From the NCBI RefSeq assembly GCF_006345805.1, contig NC_042997.1:140306001-140370000 (forward strand): a DNA stretch of 64,000 nt, given 5' to 3'. The first letter of the stretch is position 1. The number at the start of each line of letters is the position of its first letter. The notes beneath the pieces are model-generated. The model had not been told where the DNA came from and did no database searches. It saw nothing but the letters and a program-made list of their open reading frames with translations. The position numbers and the translations under genes were made by a program. Shown piece after piece: positions 1 through 12,589 of this stretch. The stretch is from Octopus sinensis (Eukaryota).

Positions 1-2401
1 GTAGTCAGAGTATGTGACAGAGTACTTTAGATTAGTGTTTCACCATAGGTTAGCTACCATTATCTCGGCCTATGCCCCTCAACCAGGGCTACCGGATGAG
101 CAGAAAGACCGATTTTATGACACCCTATAGCAGACTACCTCGTTGACGAATGACAGGGACCTTCTCTTTGTGGCTGGTGATTTCAATGGACATGTTGGAC
201 AACATGCAAGAGGCTTCCATGGCGTACATGGAGGCTATGGTTTTGGTTCCCGCAATGAAGAAGGAACCAGACTGCTGGAGTTCTGCGATGCAAATGATCA
301 TATGGTTTGCAATACCAACTTCAGGAAACCCACCAGTCACCTAGTCACCTACCGTTCTGGCAGATACATTAGCCAAATTGACTACATGCTCGCCAGAAAA
401 AGGGAAAGATGGCTGCTTATAAATGCCAAAACCTTCCCAGGCGAAGAATGTACACTTCAACATAGATTAGTAGTTAGCGACTTCGGGATCAAGGCTAAAT
501 GGATGCCCAGAAGAAGACCAGCATGGAGGAAAAGGGTCTGGAAGCTTAAAGATCCTGCAAATGGATAGAGATTTAGAGACGTATTACTCGAAGCCTTTGA
601 CGAAATTTAAGGGGATATAGCATCACATAATGTGGAAGACAACTGGAGGTTTCTATGGGACAACCTGCTGAGAGCCACTGACCAGATCTGTGGATGATGC
701 AAAGTCCCCTCTCGACCTAAGGTAACGTGGTGGTGGAACAATGTGGTTGACAGAACTATAAGACAAAAGAAACAGGCTTGGAAGGACTGAAAGAACGGAG
801 GTAGCAGGGAATTGTATCAGACTGCCAGAAGGGAAGATAGGAGACAGGTTTATTTAGCCAGAGGGGAAGCAGATAAGAAAAAAATTGCCAATGTTCTGCG
901 CCGTGAGGACCAAAGACTTGAAGTATTTCGTGTTGCAAGACAGTGTGTGAGAGAGAATCGTGATGTCGTAGGAGAGAAATGTGTCTGCATGGATGATGGT
1001 TCACTTGCACTAAACGAGACTGCAAAGAGAGAGGTTTGGAAAGGTTGCTCAATAAAGATAATGAATGGGAGAAAGAGAGTCTGCCGAATGTTGACCCAAC
1101 AGAGGGATCAGCTATCCGAATTGACAGTACCTTGGTAGATAAAGCAATCAAGAGTATGAAGACAGGGAAATCCCCCGGCCCATCAGGAATCACTGCAGAG
1201 ATGCTAAAAATATCTGGCAGTGTCGGCTATAGCCTAGTCACCCGTATAGTTAACCAGGTGATACACGAAGGAGTCATACCCAATGACTGGTGTAGCAGCA
1301 TCATAGTCAACTGCTACAAAGATAAAGGTGACGCTTTAGATACAAATAATTACAGAGGTATCAAGTTGTTGGATCAGGTAATGAAGGTCACGGAGAGGGT
1401 CATAGCCCGACTAATTAGGGAGAGAGTCAGTTTAGATGAGATGCAGTTTGGTTCCGTGCCAGGGAAAAACACCACTGATGCTGGTAAGACAGCCGCAGGA
1501 GAAATACCTAGCTAAAGATAAACCTCTGTACCTGGCTTTCGCTGACATGGAGAAAACCTTTGATAGGGTCCCCCGATCCCTTCTCTGGTGGTCAATGAGG
1601 AAACTAGGGATAGACGAATGGTTAGTGAGAGCTGTGCGAGCCATGTACAGGGACGCCGTCAGTAAGGTGAGGGTACGCAACGAGTACAGTGAAGAATTCC
1701 GGGTAGAGGTTGGGGCCCACCAAGATTCCATGTTCAGCCCCCTCCTATTTATCATAGTCCTCCAGGCAATAACAGAGGAATTCAAGACAGGATGCCCCTG
1801 GGAGCTCCTCTATGCTGATGACATTGCTTTAATTTGAGTCACTATCAGAACTAGAAGAGAAGTTTCAGGTGTGGAAGCAAGGATTAGAATCAAAGGGCCT
1901 TAGAGTCAACCTAACTAAAACCAAAGTCCTAATAAGTAGGAAGGAAGACAAACCACAAACCCCTTCAGGTAGGTGGCCCTGCTCGATCTGTAGAAAAGGC
2001 GTAGGTAAAAATTCTATGAGATGTACCCAGTGTAAGCTATGGATACATAAGAGGTGCAGCAATATCAAAGGAAGGCTAACTAGGAAGATAGTTTTTGTCT
2101 GTGGCAGATGCTCAGAAGCAATAAACCCTGAAAATGTGCAGAGAACAACTTCTGCCACATTCCTGGGGGGGAAACTAGAAGTAGTTAATAGCTTCCGTTA
2201 CCTAGGTGACCGACTCAGTAGCGGGGGACGGTGCGCTGAAAGTGTAGCTGCTAGAATAAGAATAGCCTGGGCAAAGTTCAGAGAGCTCTTACCTCTGATG
2301 GGGACAAAGGGCCTCTCGCTCAGAGTAAAGGGCAGACTGTATGACGCATGTGTACGAACAGCCATGCTACATGGCAGTGAAACATGGGCTGTGACTGCTG
2401 A
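1..2401 (+). mobile_element. RTE-clade non-LTR retrotransposon, frameshifted, 3'-truncated; continues beyond the left edge
   Basis: APE endonuclease motifs (AGDFNGHVG, QIDYML; ORF 143-568), RT motifs (DMEKTFDRVPR, YADD; 1436-1837), PHD-type finger and FRYLG / LHGSETW (1869-2423). Homology to the second copy stops at ...GTGACTGCTGAG (2401). Confidence 0.95.
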
Positions 2402-2986
2402 GTTTCTACACCTTTTGACATGAAGCAGCTTGCATACATTGCTAACTTCTCGCTGCATGTGAATCGATAAATCCTCCTCCGCTTTTATGCTTAGCTTTGC
2501 GCAAAATAGTGAAAAAAAAAAAATTGAATCCTAATTTTTTCTTCCCTTTGTACTGAACTTTTTGAAAAGCGAACCTTCCCCACTATATATAGAAAAAATC
2601 ATTCTATTTCACAAAATTGGTTTGATCAAAATTGCCCAAAGCACGGCTGAATGGCAGGCGCAATCACCTTTGAATATATATATATATATATATATAATCA
2701 TCATCATCATCATCATCGTCGTTTAACGTCCGTTCTCCATGCTAGCATGGGTTGGACGGTTCGACCGGGGTTCTGGGAAGCCAGAAGGCTGCACCAGGCT
2801 CCAGTCTAATTTGGCAATGTTTCTACAGCTGGATGCCCTTCCTAACGCCAACCACTCCGTGAGTGTAGTGGGTGCTTTTTACGTGCCACCTGCACAGGTG
2901 CCAGGCGGGGCTGGCAACGGCCACGGTCAGATTGGTGTATTTTATGTGCCACCGGCACGGAAGCCAGTCGAGGCGGTGCTGGCATC

Positions 2987-3450
2987 GGCCACGAGTCGGA
3001 TAGTGCTTTTTACGTACCACCAGACCAGGGATCCTGGCTGGTTCAATTCGATTTCGATTTCGCTTGCCCCAACATGTCTTCACAAGCAAAGGGGGTTGCA
3101 AGGGTGCCTGTCGTACGGTCGCATTGGAGTATTTTACGTGCCACGGCCACGAGTCGGATAGTGCTTTTTACGTACCACCAGACCAGGGATCCTGGCTGGT
3201 TCAATTCGATTTCGATTTCGCTTGCCCCAACATGTCTTCACAAGCAAAGGGGGTTGGCATGGGTGCCTGTCGTACGGTCGCATTGGAGTATTTTACGTGC
3301 CACGGCCACGAGTCGGATAGTGCTTTTTACGTACCACCAGGCCAGGGATCCTGGCTGGTTCAATTCGGTTTCGATTTCGATTTCGATTTCGATTTCGCTT
3401 GCCCCAACATGTCTTCGCAAGCATGGGGGGTTGGGATGGGTGTCTGTCGT
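2987..3450. repeat. Three tandem ~158-bp units in the RTE 3' UTR
   Basis: GGCCACGAGTCGGATAGTGC starts at 2987, 3145 and 3304. Confidence 0.95.
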
Positions 3451-6400
3451 CGGATGAGGTTCTATATCGACTTCGCTTGCCTCAACCGGTCTTTGTGTCC
3501 AAGGGAGGAAAGGCATTCATAAGTGGGCTGGGCTCACTTGTCCTGCCTGGTCTTCTCACGTACAGAATATTTCCAAAGGTCTCGGTCTCTGGTCATTTCC
3601 TCAGTGAGGCCTAAAGTTCGAAGGTCGTGCTTCACCACCTCGTCCCAGGTTTCCTGGGTCTACCTCTTCCACGGGTTCCCTCAACTGCTAGGGATTGGCA
3701 CTTTCTCACACACCTATCTTCATCCATTCTCGCCACATGACCATACCAGCGCAATCGTCTCTCTTGCACACCACAACTGATGCTTCTTAGGTACAACATT
3801 TCTCTCAAGGTGCTAACGCTCTGTCGAGTATGTACACTGACATTACACATCCATCGGAGCATACTGGCTTCATTCCTCACGAGCTTACGCATGTCCTCAG
3901 CAGTCACAGCCCATGTTTCGCTGCCATGTAGCATGGCTGTTCGTACACACGCATCATACAGTCTGCCTTTTACTCTGAGCGAGAGGCCTTTAGTCACCAG
4001 CAGAGGTAAGAGCTCCCTAAACTTTGCCCAGGCTATTCTTATTCTAGCAGTTACACTTTCAGCGCACCCACCCCCACTACTGACTTGGTCACCTAGATAA
4101 CGGAAGCTATCAACTACTTCTAGTTTTTCCCCTGGAAAGTGACGGAAGTTGTTTTCTGCAGCTTTTCGGAGGTTAATGCTCCCGAGCATCTGCCACATAC
4201 AAAAACTATCTTCCCAGTTAGCCTACCTTTGACATTGCTGCACCTCTTATGTGTCCATAGCTTACACTGGGTACATCTTATAGAGTTTCTACCTACACCT
4301 TTTCTACAGATCGAGCAGGGCCATCTTCCTGAAGATATTTTGGATTGTCTACCTTTCTACTTATTAGTACTTTGGTTTTAGCTAGGTTGACTCTAAGGCC
4401 CCTTGATTCTAAACCCTCCTTCCACACTGGAACTTCTCCTCCAGTTCTGATAGTGACTCAGCAATAAGAGCAAGGTCGTCAGCGTAGAGGAGCTCCCAGG
4501 GACAGCCTGTCTTGAATTCCTCCGTAATTGCCTGGAGTACTATGATAAATAGGAGGGGGCTGAGTACTGAACCCTGGTGGACCCCAACCTCTACTTTGAA
4601 TTCTTCTGTGTACGTGTTGCCAACCCTAACCTTACTTACGGCATCTCTGTACATGGCTTGCACAGTCCTCACCAGCCATTCATCTATCCCTAGTTTCCTC
4701 ATTGACCACCAGATAAGGGATCGGGGGACCCTATCAAAAGCTTTCTCCATGTCAACGAAAGCCAGGTACAGGGGCTTATCTTTGGCTAGGTATTTCCTGC
4801 AGCTGCCTTACCAGGAATATAGCATCAGTGGTACTTTTTCCTGGCACGAACCCAAACTGCATCTCATCAAAACTAACTCTCTCTCTAATTAGTTGGGCTA
4901 TGACCCTCTCTGTAACCTTCATACTTGATCCAACAGCTTGATACCTCTGTAATTATTTGTATCTAGGGCATCACCTTTACCTTTGTAGCAGTTGACTAGT
5001 ATGCTGCTGCACCAGTCATTGGGTATGACTCCTTCGTGTATCACCTGGTTGACTATACGGGTGACTAGGTTATAGCCGACACTGCCAGATATTTTGAGCA
5101 TCTCTGCAGTAATTCCTGATGGGCCTGGGGCTTTCCCTGTCTTCATGCTTCTAATTGCCTTAGCTACCACGGAACTATCAACTCGGATAGCTGGTCCCTC
5201 TGTAGGGTCAACATTCGGCAGACTCTCTTTATCCCATTCATTTTCCTCATTCAGTAACCTTTCATAGTGGCGTCTCCAAGCTTCTCTCTTTGCATCCTCA
5301 TTTAGCGCAAGTGAACCATCCTCCATGCGAACACATTTCTCTCCTACCACATCACGATTCTCTCTCACACACTGTCTTGCAACACGAAATACCTCAAGTC
5401 TTTCATCCTCACGGCGCAGGACATTGGCAAATTTTTCTTATCTGCTTCCCCTCTGGCTAGATAGACCTGTCTCCTAGCTTCCCTTCTGGCAGTCTGATAC
5501 CTTCCCTGCTACCACCGTTCTTCCAGGCCTTCCAAGCCTGTTTCTTTTGTCTAATAGCCCTGTCAACAATATTGTTCCACCACCACGTTATTTTGGGTCT
5601 TAAGGGGACTTTGCACCAGCCACAGATCTGGTCAGCGGCTTTCAGCAGGTTGTCCCTCAGAAACGTCCAGTTGTCTTCTACCCCATGTGTAGCTATACCC
5701 CCTTCCACTTCGTCAAAGGCTTCAAGTAACATATCTCTAAATCTCTGTCCATTCGCAGGGGCTTTAAGCTTCCAGACCCTTCTTCTCCATGTTGGTCGTC
5801 TTCTAGTCGCCCTCTTAGTCCTGATCCTAAAGTCACTAACTACCAGTCTATGTTGTGGGGTGCATTCTTCGCCTGGGAAGGTTTGGCATTTTTAAGCAGC
5901 CATCTTTCCCTTTTTCTGGCAAGGATGTAGTCGATTTGGCTAGTATGCCGGCCCGATCGGTAGGTGACCAGGTGGCTTGTTGGTTTCCTGAAGTTAGTGT
6001 TGCAGACCATAAGACTATTCGCATCGCAGAACTCCAGCAGCCTGGTTCTCTCCTCGTTGCGGGAAACATAACCGTAGCCTCCATGTACGCCATGGAAGCC
6101 CCCAGCATGTCGTCCAACATGCCCATTGAAATCACCAGCCACAAAGAGAAGGTCCCTGTCGTTCGTCGATGAGGTGGTCTGCAGTAGGGTGTCATAGAAA
6201 CTGTTTTTCTGTCCATCGGGTAGCCTGGCTGAGGGGCATAGGCCGATATAATGGTTGCTAATCTATTATGAAGCACTATTCTAATCTTAAGTATTCTGTC
6301 ACTTACTCTGATTACCTCAATTACTCTATCTATCCATTTCTCAGCGATAATTATACCCATGCCACCAACCCCGTCAGTGTTCCCTGCCCAGAAAATCTTG

Positions 6401-6800
6401 TACTGTGTCCCTTGCCTGTGAGGACCCTAGCAGATCCTCCTCTCCACCTATTTCTTGCATACAACATACATCAACACGTCTCCGTTCAAGCATCTCGACT
6501 ATCTCGCCAGACCTACCTTTCAATGTGCCAACGTTGAGGGTGCCTACCCTGAGGGTGTGGGAGGTGTGGGCCTCTGAGACCCTGGGATGAGGGGCCGCAG
6601 TGTTCTGTACCTGAAAAGAAAGCTTGCATTTGCCAGATATCATACTGAGACTCTAGACTACAACCTGCATAAATTTCAAAGTTTTTGCGCTATATGATCA
6701 CAATAAACCCTACATAGGGGTGCGGGGGGGGGGGTCAAGAAAGATAGAAAACAGAAACTTCCGGTTCTGGTAGAGGGGTGAGAGGGCGGGGTCACCTCCA

Positions 6801-7840
6801 AGGAACAACAGGTTTTAAGTTAATACGTAGGGAATTTTCTGCGACAGAAATTACTGAACATCTAGAAACTTCGGGGTTCGATTAAAACATAATATAAATA
6901 GGAGAGAGGGAGAATATTGTAGTGAATTCTGGGGATGGAATAACAACGGGATGACACTGAAATTAAAGGAGGAATTTAAAATGCATGACAGACAGGAAGC
7001 CATGCATACAAGATGGCGAAACAAATAATAGAGAAACGGGATTTAGGGTTACGAATCAACGCTTAAAAAATGAATATGAATGACAGGTTGTAAGTTAAAT
7101 TCGCTTAGCTGGTCATTTTTCGAGTCAGTGTTTTGTCAGCAAGATGTAGAATCGAGAAGAGGGACGAGATAAATCGAACACTGCTTTATAAAGAGTTAGG
7201 GATTGGGGGGGGGGGATTATCAGGTGGAAGCATGAGAAAGAGAGAGGGGGGGAGAAGGAAGAGAGAGAGAGAGAGCTAAGGGACAACATGTTTAATTCGT
7301 AAGGAATTCTGCAACAGAAATTACTGAACATCTAGAAACTTCGGGGTTCGAGAAGAATGTAATATAAATAGAGAGAGAGAAAATATTTCGTAGGGAATTT
7401 AGGGTATCTTTGGGGAAAGGAATAACGACGAAGGAACAACAGGTTTTAAGTTAATACGTAGGGAATTTTCTGCGACAGAAATTACTGAACATCTAGAAAC
7501 TTCGGGGTTCGAGAAGAATGTAATATAAATAAGAGAGAGAGAAAATATTTCGTAGGGAATTTAGGGTATCTTTGAACAACAGGTTTTAAGTTAATACGTA
7601 GGGAATTCTGCGACAGAAATTACTGAACATCTAGAAACTTCGGGGTTCGAGAAGAATGTAATATAAATAAGAGAGAGAGAAAATATTTCGTAGGGATTTA
7701 GGGTATTAGGGTTTGGGGAAAGGAATAACGACGGAGGAACAACAGGTTTTAAGTTAATACGTAGGGAATTTTCTGCAACAGAAATTACTGAACATCTAGG
7801 AACTTCGGGGTTCGAGGAGGAAGAACGTAATATAAATAAG
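6801..7840. repeat. Tandem 138-165-bp monomers (four at 7281-7840 plus one partial at 6801-6900) upstream of RTE ORF2
   Basis: TTACTGAACATCTAG at 6851, 7321, 7482, 7620 and 7785, with shared GGTTTTAAGTTAATACGTAGGG and CTTCGGGGTTCG blocks. Confidence 0.93.
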
Positions 7841-7872
<32 letters not shown>

Positions 7873-7873
7873 A

Positions 7874-9045
7874 CAGAAATGGAAACACCTAGCACCATAG
7901 CATCATAATTTTGAAATACCTATAAAACCGTCAAAAGCTTGTTTATTTTTATGTTCTTTAATTTATTATTAGTGTTGCTTCATATGTTTTGCTATGGTAA
8001 TTAAAATTCATTAAAATGACAGATCTATCGGACTTCCACAGAGGTCAAATTGTTGGTGCTCGTATGGCAGGCGCTAGCGTAACGAAAACAGCCGAAATAT
8101 TTGGTGTATCAAGAAGTACTGTCTCGAAAGTAATGACAGCCTTTGAGAAAGAGGAAAAAGCTTCTCATCGAAACAAAACTCCGGAAGAAAACCAAAACTT
8201 TCAGCTAAGGACCGTCGGACTCTTACGTGAATTGTTAGAAAGGATCACAAAAGTATTACTGCAGAGCTTAATGACCACCACGAGAACCCAGTTTCCACAG
8301 AAACTGTTCGCCGGATTTCACGGGAGGGCTGCAATCAGAAAATCACTACTTTCAAAAGCAGACGTTGCAAAGCGTTTAGAGTGGAGTAGAGCAGAATGTT
8401 ATTTCCTCGGACGAGTCATCCTTTACCTTATTTCCGACCACCGGCCGAGTATACGTATGGAGACAGCCAAAAGAAGCATTTAACCCAGACTGTCTTCTTC
8501 CAACTGTTAAACATGGAGGAGGATCTGTGATGATCGGGGGTGGGGACTATATCTTGGAAATCCGCCGGCCCAATGGTTTCCCTTCATGGCAGAATTAATA
8601 GTCGAAACTGTTTAAGCATTTTATCTGATCAAATTCATCCTATGGTTGCAGAACTGTTTCCGGAGGGAAACGTAATCTTTCAGGATGATAATGCACCAAT
8701 TCACACAGCTAAAATTGTTACTGAATGGCACGAGGAACATTCTAGTGAAGTTGAACATCTTATCTGGCCACCACAGTCCCTAAATCTCAATATTATCGAA
8801 CATTTATGGTGCATTTTAGAAAAACAAGTAAGGAGTCCATAACCTCCACCACCATTACTGCAAGAACTGGAGACTGTTTAAGCTGAAGAATGGAAAAAAT
8901 TCCTTTGGAAACAAATCAAACTTTGTACGAGTCCATACCTCATAGAATTCAAGCTGTAATTACTGCCAAAGGCGGTCCTACCCCCATATTAAAATAAATT
9001 TTGTTTGAAATTTTAAAGTGTTTCCATTATTTTTTCCCACCCCTG
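7874..9045 (+). mobile_element. Tc1-like DNA transposon, degenerate transposase
   Basis: HTH start MTDLSDFHRGQIVGARMAGASVTKTA (8016); FQDDNAPIH and WPPQSLNLNIIEHLW (8540-8842); TA flanks; TIR remnants ATGGAAACAC / GTGTTTCCAT...CCCCTG. Confidence 0.93.
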
Positions 9046-9050
9046 TATAT

Positions 9051-9212
9051 ATACGACGGGTTTCTTTCAGTTTTCTTCTACCAAATCCACTCACAAGGAT
9101 TTGGTCAACCCGGGGCTATGGTAAAAGACACTTGCCCAAGGTACCATACAGTATGACTGAACCCGGAACCATGTGGCTGGTAAGCAAGCTACTTACAATA
9201 CAGCCACTCCTG
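9051..9212 (-). mobile_element. SINE family A (tRNA-derived, internal TA/TG microsatellite), 5' half
   Basis: Reverse complement of the head seen intact at 14167-14569. Confidence 0.85.
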
Positions 9213-9706
9213 CTAGTACGTTTTTTCGACAAATTTTTCAACCTTGACCCGATTGTAATTGAGGTTGAAAATAAAATATCTTAATAGTTTTTGGTGTTTA
9301 ACAATCAATGTTCTTTTTTCTGTTGAATTCCAAGTCAACTTTTTTTTATCCCACATTAATGTCTAATTTGATAATTTGCAGTTTTCAAAGAATTATGTCT
9401 AAACCTGAGCAAAATAAATAATGACTAATTTCAATTTTATTCTCTTTCACCACCTGATGTATAAATATTATATATCATGAAGGGAGCCACTCCAGCAGAT
9501 CGTGAACAAGCTATAGAGAATATTTTATGTTGAGCTTTTAGACTTAGTTGGGTTTCGTTAATTTCATATCATGTGCCACTTTTCTTCGATCCCCCATCAT
9601 TTTGGCTAGGTACCTATAGAAGCAAATTTACTTTATTGTATCTTACTCATTTTGCCCCACCTAAATTTGTATTTTATATGCTCAAAGAGAATGGAGGTAT
9701 ATATCA

Positions 9707-10150
9707 GTGACATCCTCAATGACTCTTCCATCCCACATGTGTGTACGATGGGTGGGAAAGAGACGTGGGATGGAAGAGTTGTTGAAGAGGTCACAAATGT
9801 GTAGCGAAAGATTTCCAGACAATGGATATAAGATATGTGATGTAAAGGAAGAAAAAAACAGAAGCGAAGAGAGAATTTTGGCAGCCTTACCTGTCGGTCC
9901 GGAAAAAGGGTCACTTTCAACATTCACGTGCTGTCATGATCTCCAAGGTTCACTCCACGTCCACGTGCGCTATCCGATGCTCTACCTTCTCACACGTCCG
10001 CTCTGATGTGCTGTTCGCCGCCGACTGACCCTCTAGCTTCTCTGAATGCCGCATGTCCACCGCGGCACTTCCGGTGGGATCCACAGGCCCCACTTCCGAC
10101 AAGACATGCCTACTTCCTCCCTTCCCTGCAATACAACCTGGCTCATAACA
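9707..10150 (+). mobile_element. Highly degenerate Penelope-like RT-thumb / GIY-YIG fragment
   Basis: Across frameshifts reads STCAIRCS...RRRLT...FSEC...ALPVG, resembling the PLE endonuclease CIRCS...KRRL..RF.EH...LPVA. Similarity judged by eye. Confidence 0.4.
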
Positions 10151-10199
10151 CCACAAGAAAGAACGGAGATAATTTTTTGAAACAGTGTTGTCTGTTTTA

Positions 10200-10409
10200 G
10201 ACGCAGCAAATGATTTTAGCTCAATAGAGGCCAAAGGATTGGTTAAAATTCGAAAAATTAAACTACGTTAAACTTACAAATTACAATTTTCTCAAGAAAG
10301 CCAAGAGAAAAAATGTTTTATTTTGACACATTCTACCAGTATACGAAGTTTAAAAGTGTTTAGTTAACTAGAAATTGTGTTGAAAACTGCCTTCAAAAGG
10401 AAAAGATCC
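10200..10409 (+). mobile_element. Right-end fragment of the MITE family at 12168-12589
   Basis: Matches AAGCCAAGAGAAAAA...CACATTCTACCAGTAT...AAAACTGCC...AAAAGATCC. A minus-strand fragment occurs near 62590-62730. Confidence 0.75.
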
Positions 10410-10464
10410 GTGTTTTGAATGTTATAGTGTTTTAATGCATTTACTGAAGGTAATTTGCTAAGCT

Positions 10465-10715
10465 GTGGAAGCGCGTGGATTAGTGGTTAGGGTGTCAGCA
10501 TCATGATCGTAAAATTGTGGTTTCGATTCCTGGACCGGGCGACGCGTTGTGTTCTTGAGCAAAACACTTCATTTCACGTTGCTCCAGTCCACTTAGCTGG
10601 CAAAAATGAATAACTCTGCGATGGACTGGTGTCCCGTCTACATACGCTATTGAAACCGGGAAACTGAGCCCATGAGCCTGGCTAGGCTTTAAAAGAGCGC
10701 ATTTATTTTATTTTT
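10465..10715 (+). mobile_element. SINE family D (tRNA head plus TTGTGTTCTTGAG...CACTT central domain)
   Basis: A-box TTAGTGGTTAG, B-box GGTTTCGATTCC. Related copies at 38038-38360 and 42090-42350. Confidence 0.8.
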
Positions 10716-11019
10716 ATTTAATTTGCTAAGCTGTTATAGTTTTTGTAAGCTGATATATTTGTAAAAAAAGATTTTTTTCTCAAAGTCAAAAATATTGTGA
10801 ATATTATTTATTGTGTCCCACTTTCCTTTTAAATTGACATGCGAGCGAGTATGGCTAAATAACATGTATCATATTTTCGTTGTTTTAAGTGCCTTTGTAC
10901 TTGGGAACATCAAATCCTCAACACTAATACTGTGGAACAATCAAAGATATAACAGCTGAAAGAAGAGATCGTGGCACCAGCACCCAGCTGATACTCATTA
11001 CAGTTAAATAATCCTTTAC

Positions 11020-11172
11020 AAGGCCTGAAATTTTGGATGAGAGGGAACTAGTCGATTACATCGATCCCCAGCGTTTCACTGGTACTTAATTTATCGACCC
11101 CGAAAGATAGAAGGACGAATGCCGCTAAGCATTTTGCCGAGCGTACTAACGATTTTGCTAGTTCGCCGCCTT
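11020..11172 (-). mobile_element. SINE family B copy
   Basis: GTCGATTACATCGA...ACTGGTACTTAATTTATCGACCCCGAAAG...GCCGCTAAGCATTTTGCC block. A similar copy lies at 13615-13815. Confidence 0.8.
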
Positions 11173-12167
11173 ATTACGGCTAAATAATGAATATAAATAA
11201 TAAAAAAAAAGAGCTAATGTGAGAAACTCTTCATAGTCGTTCGATCAACTATATTTCCCTTAAATCACATCCGTCTTAAAGAAAAGATGTATTGGATAAA
11301 AAAAAACAGGATGAAGCTAGAACGCCTTTGAGTTAATCTGGAATTAATCAATCAAAGAGCAACTTCGAGCGGTAGATTTTTTTTTTTTAATAAATGGAAA
11401 ATTTTAGCGTATTGACATCTAAATAATTAGGTTTGGAAGTACAAGCAGGATACAAGTGCAAGCACAAGTGTGTGTTAATAATTTTTAACTGGCAATAGTT
11501 ACTAAGTGACTAAAAGGCTAAGAGTCCCGTGCATTGTAAAAAAATATCGGCCCTTGAGTCACTTTGTAACTTCTGCTGATTTAAAATAATAAAAATAATA
11601 TCTAAATAGAATTTAATTTGAAAGCAACACCCTGTAAAAAAAAAAATGAAGAAAAAAATCCTCTCGGTTCTGGGATCTCATGAAATTATCCAGAGATTAT
11701 ACGAATAGGTCCGCTGTTTTCATTATATTTCTCTGCTTGCCTATAGGGCACCAACTTCATACAGAGGGGTTTTTTCTACGATTCCTCACATATTCTAAAG
11801 TGTTGCAGCGGAGGTGGAAGCTACCACGTTCGTGACTTAACAGAGTAATGTGTAGAAATCTCAGCAATTGCAGACTAATTATATTGTTCAGACAGTGACA
11901 TTTGAGAAGTTTGAGGGAGTCGGGTGACTAACCAAGAAGTTCTTGACATCTTCGTTGCTTCGGCTGACAGATGTACGAACATATGGTGGATGCAGCATCT
12001 CGGCCTAAAAATCGTTCGCGATTATGACGAAACTGCGCTCTTGATTTGCTTCTGGTATAAAAATTAACAAAAGGATTACATTTGAAAGATTCTGTCACTA
12101 TTTATGACAACCCTTAAAAAAAATGTTCGTAATGTATCATATAGATGTAATTTTTGACACTGAATCC

Positions 12168-12589
12168 GGATCTTTTCGGTTTGAACGGCAGTTTTTTTCT
12201 AGCGGTGTCATATAAAATTGTCACCCATAATTATGACCCTAGTATCGATCTATTGCATTTCAATCTGTTTTAGGGTTAGGGTTAGGGGTGGGGGGGAAGG
12301 GTATCTTTTTTCTTCAGAAATGTGAATAAACCCAATCTGTTTCTTAAACGAGGGACATATTCATACGGCACAGAATGTCTTCACCTTAAATAAACATCAT
12401 TGATTGGTTGAAATTGCAGAAATTGAAGAAAAAAAAACAAACAAATATCTTACAAACTATAGAATTTTCCCAATAAAGCCAAGAGAAAAAGATGTTTTAT
12501 AAACACATTCTACCAGTATAAGAAGTTTAAAAGTGTTTTAGTTATGTGGAAATTATTTTTAAAAACTGCCTCTCAAACCGAAAAGATCC
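12168..12589. mobile_element. MITE with ~27-bp TIRs and 8-bp TSD (Merlin- or hAT-type)
   Basis: TIR GGATCTTTTCGGTTTGA / TCAAACCGAAAAGATCC; CTGAATCC at 12160-12167 and 12590-12597. Confidence 0.92.

Larger units (their letters stand above)
2697..7840 (-). mobile_element. Apparently full-length RTE LINE (same family as 1-2401), inactivated by frameshifts
   Basis: Minus-strand ORF pieces: TLNVGTL/CMQE (6374-6643), GDFNGHVG (5840-6142), RT with DMEKAFDRVPR and YADD (4409-5368), C-terminus ending ...REKTRQDK-stop at 3534. (GAT)n tail at 2697-2717. (AT)n on both flanks. Assignment of 6650-7840 as 5' UTR is inferred. Confidence 0.9.

Noticed and set aside
11747-11848. BIR-like peptide (QRGFFYDSSHILKCCSGGG) after a possible acceptor
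   Set aside because: It lacks the Cys/His zinc ligands and Trp, ends in a stop after 33 codons, and has no supporting exons.
12272-12290. TTAGGG telomeric repeats
   Set aside because: Only 2-3 units, lying inside a MITE; not an interstitial telomere array.
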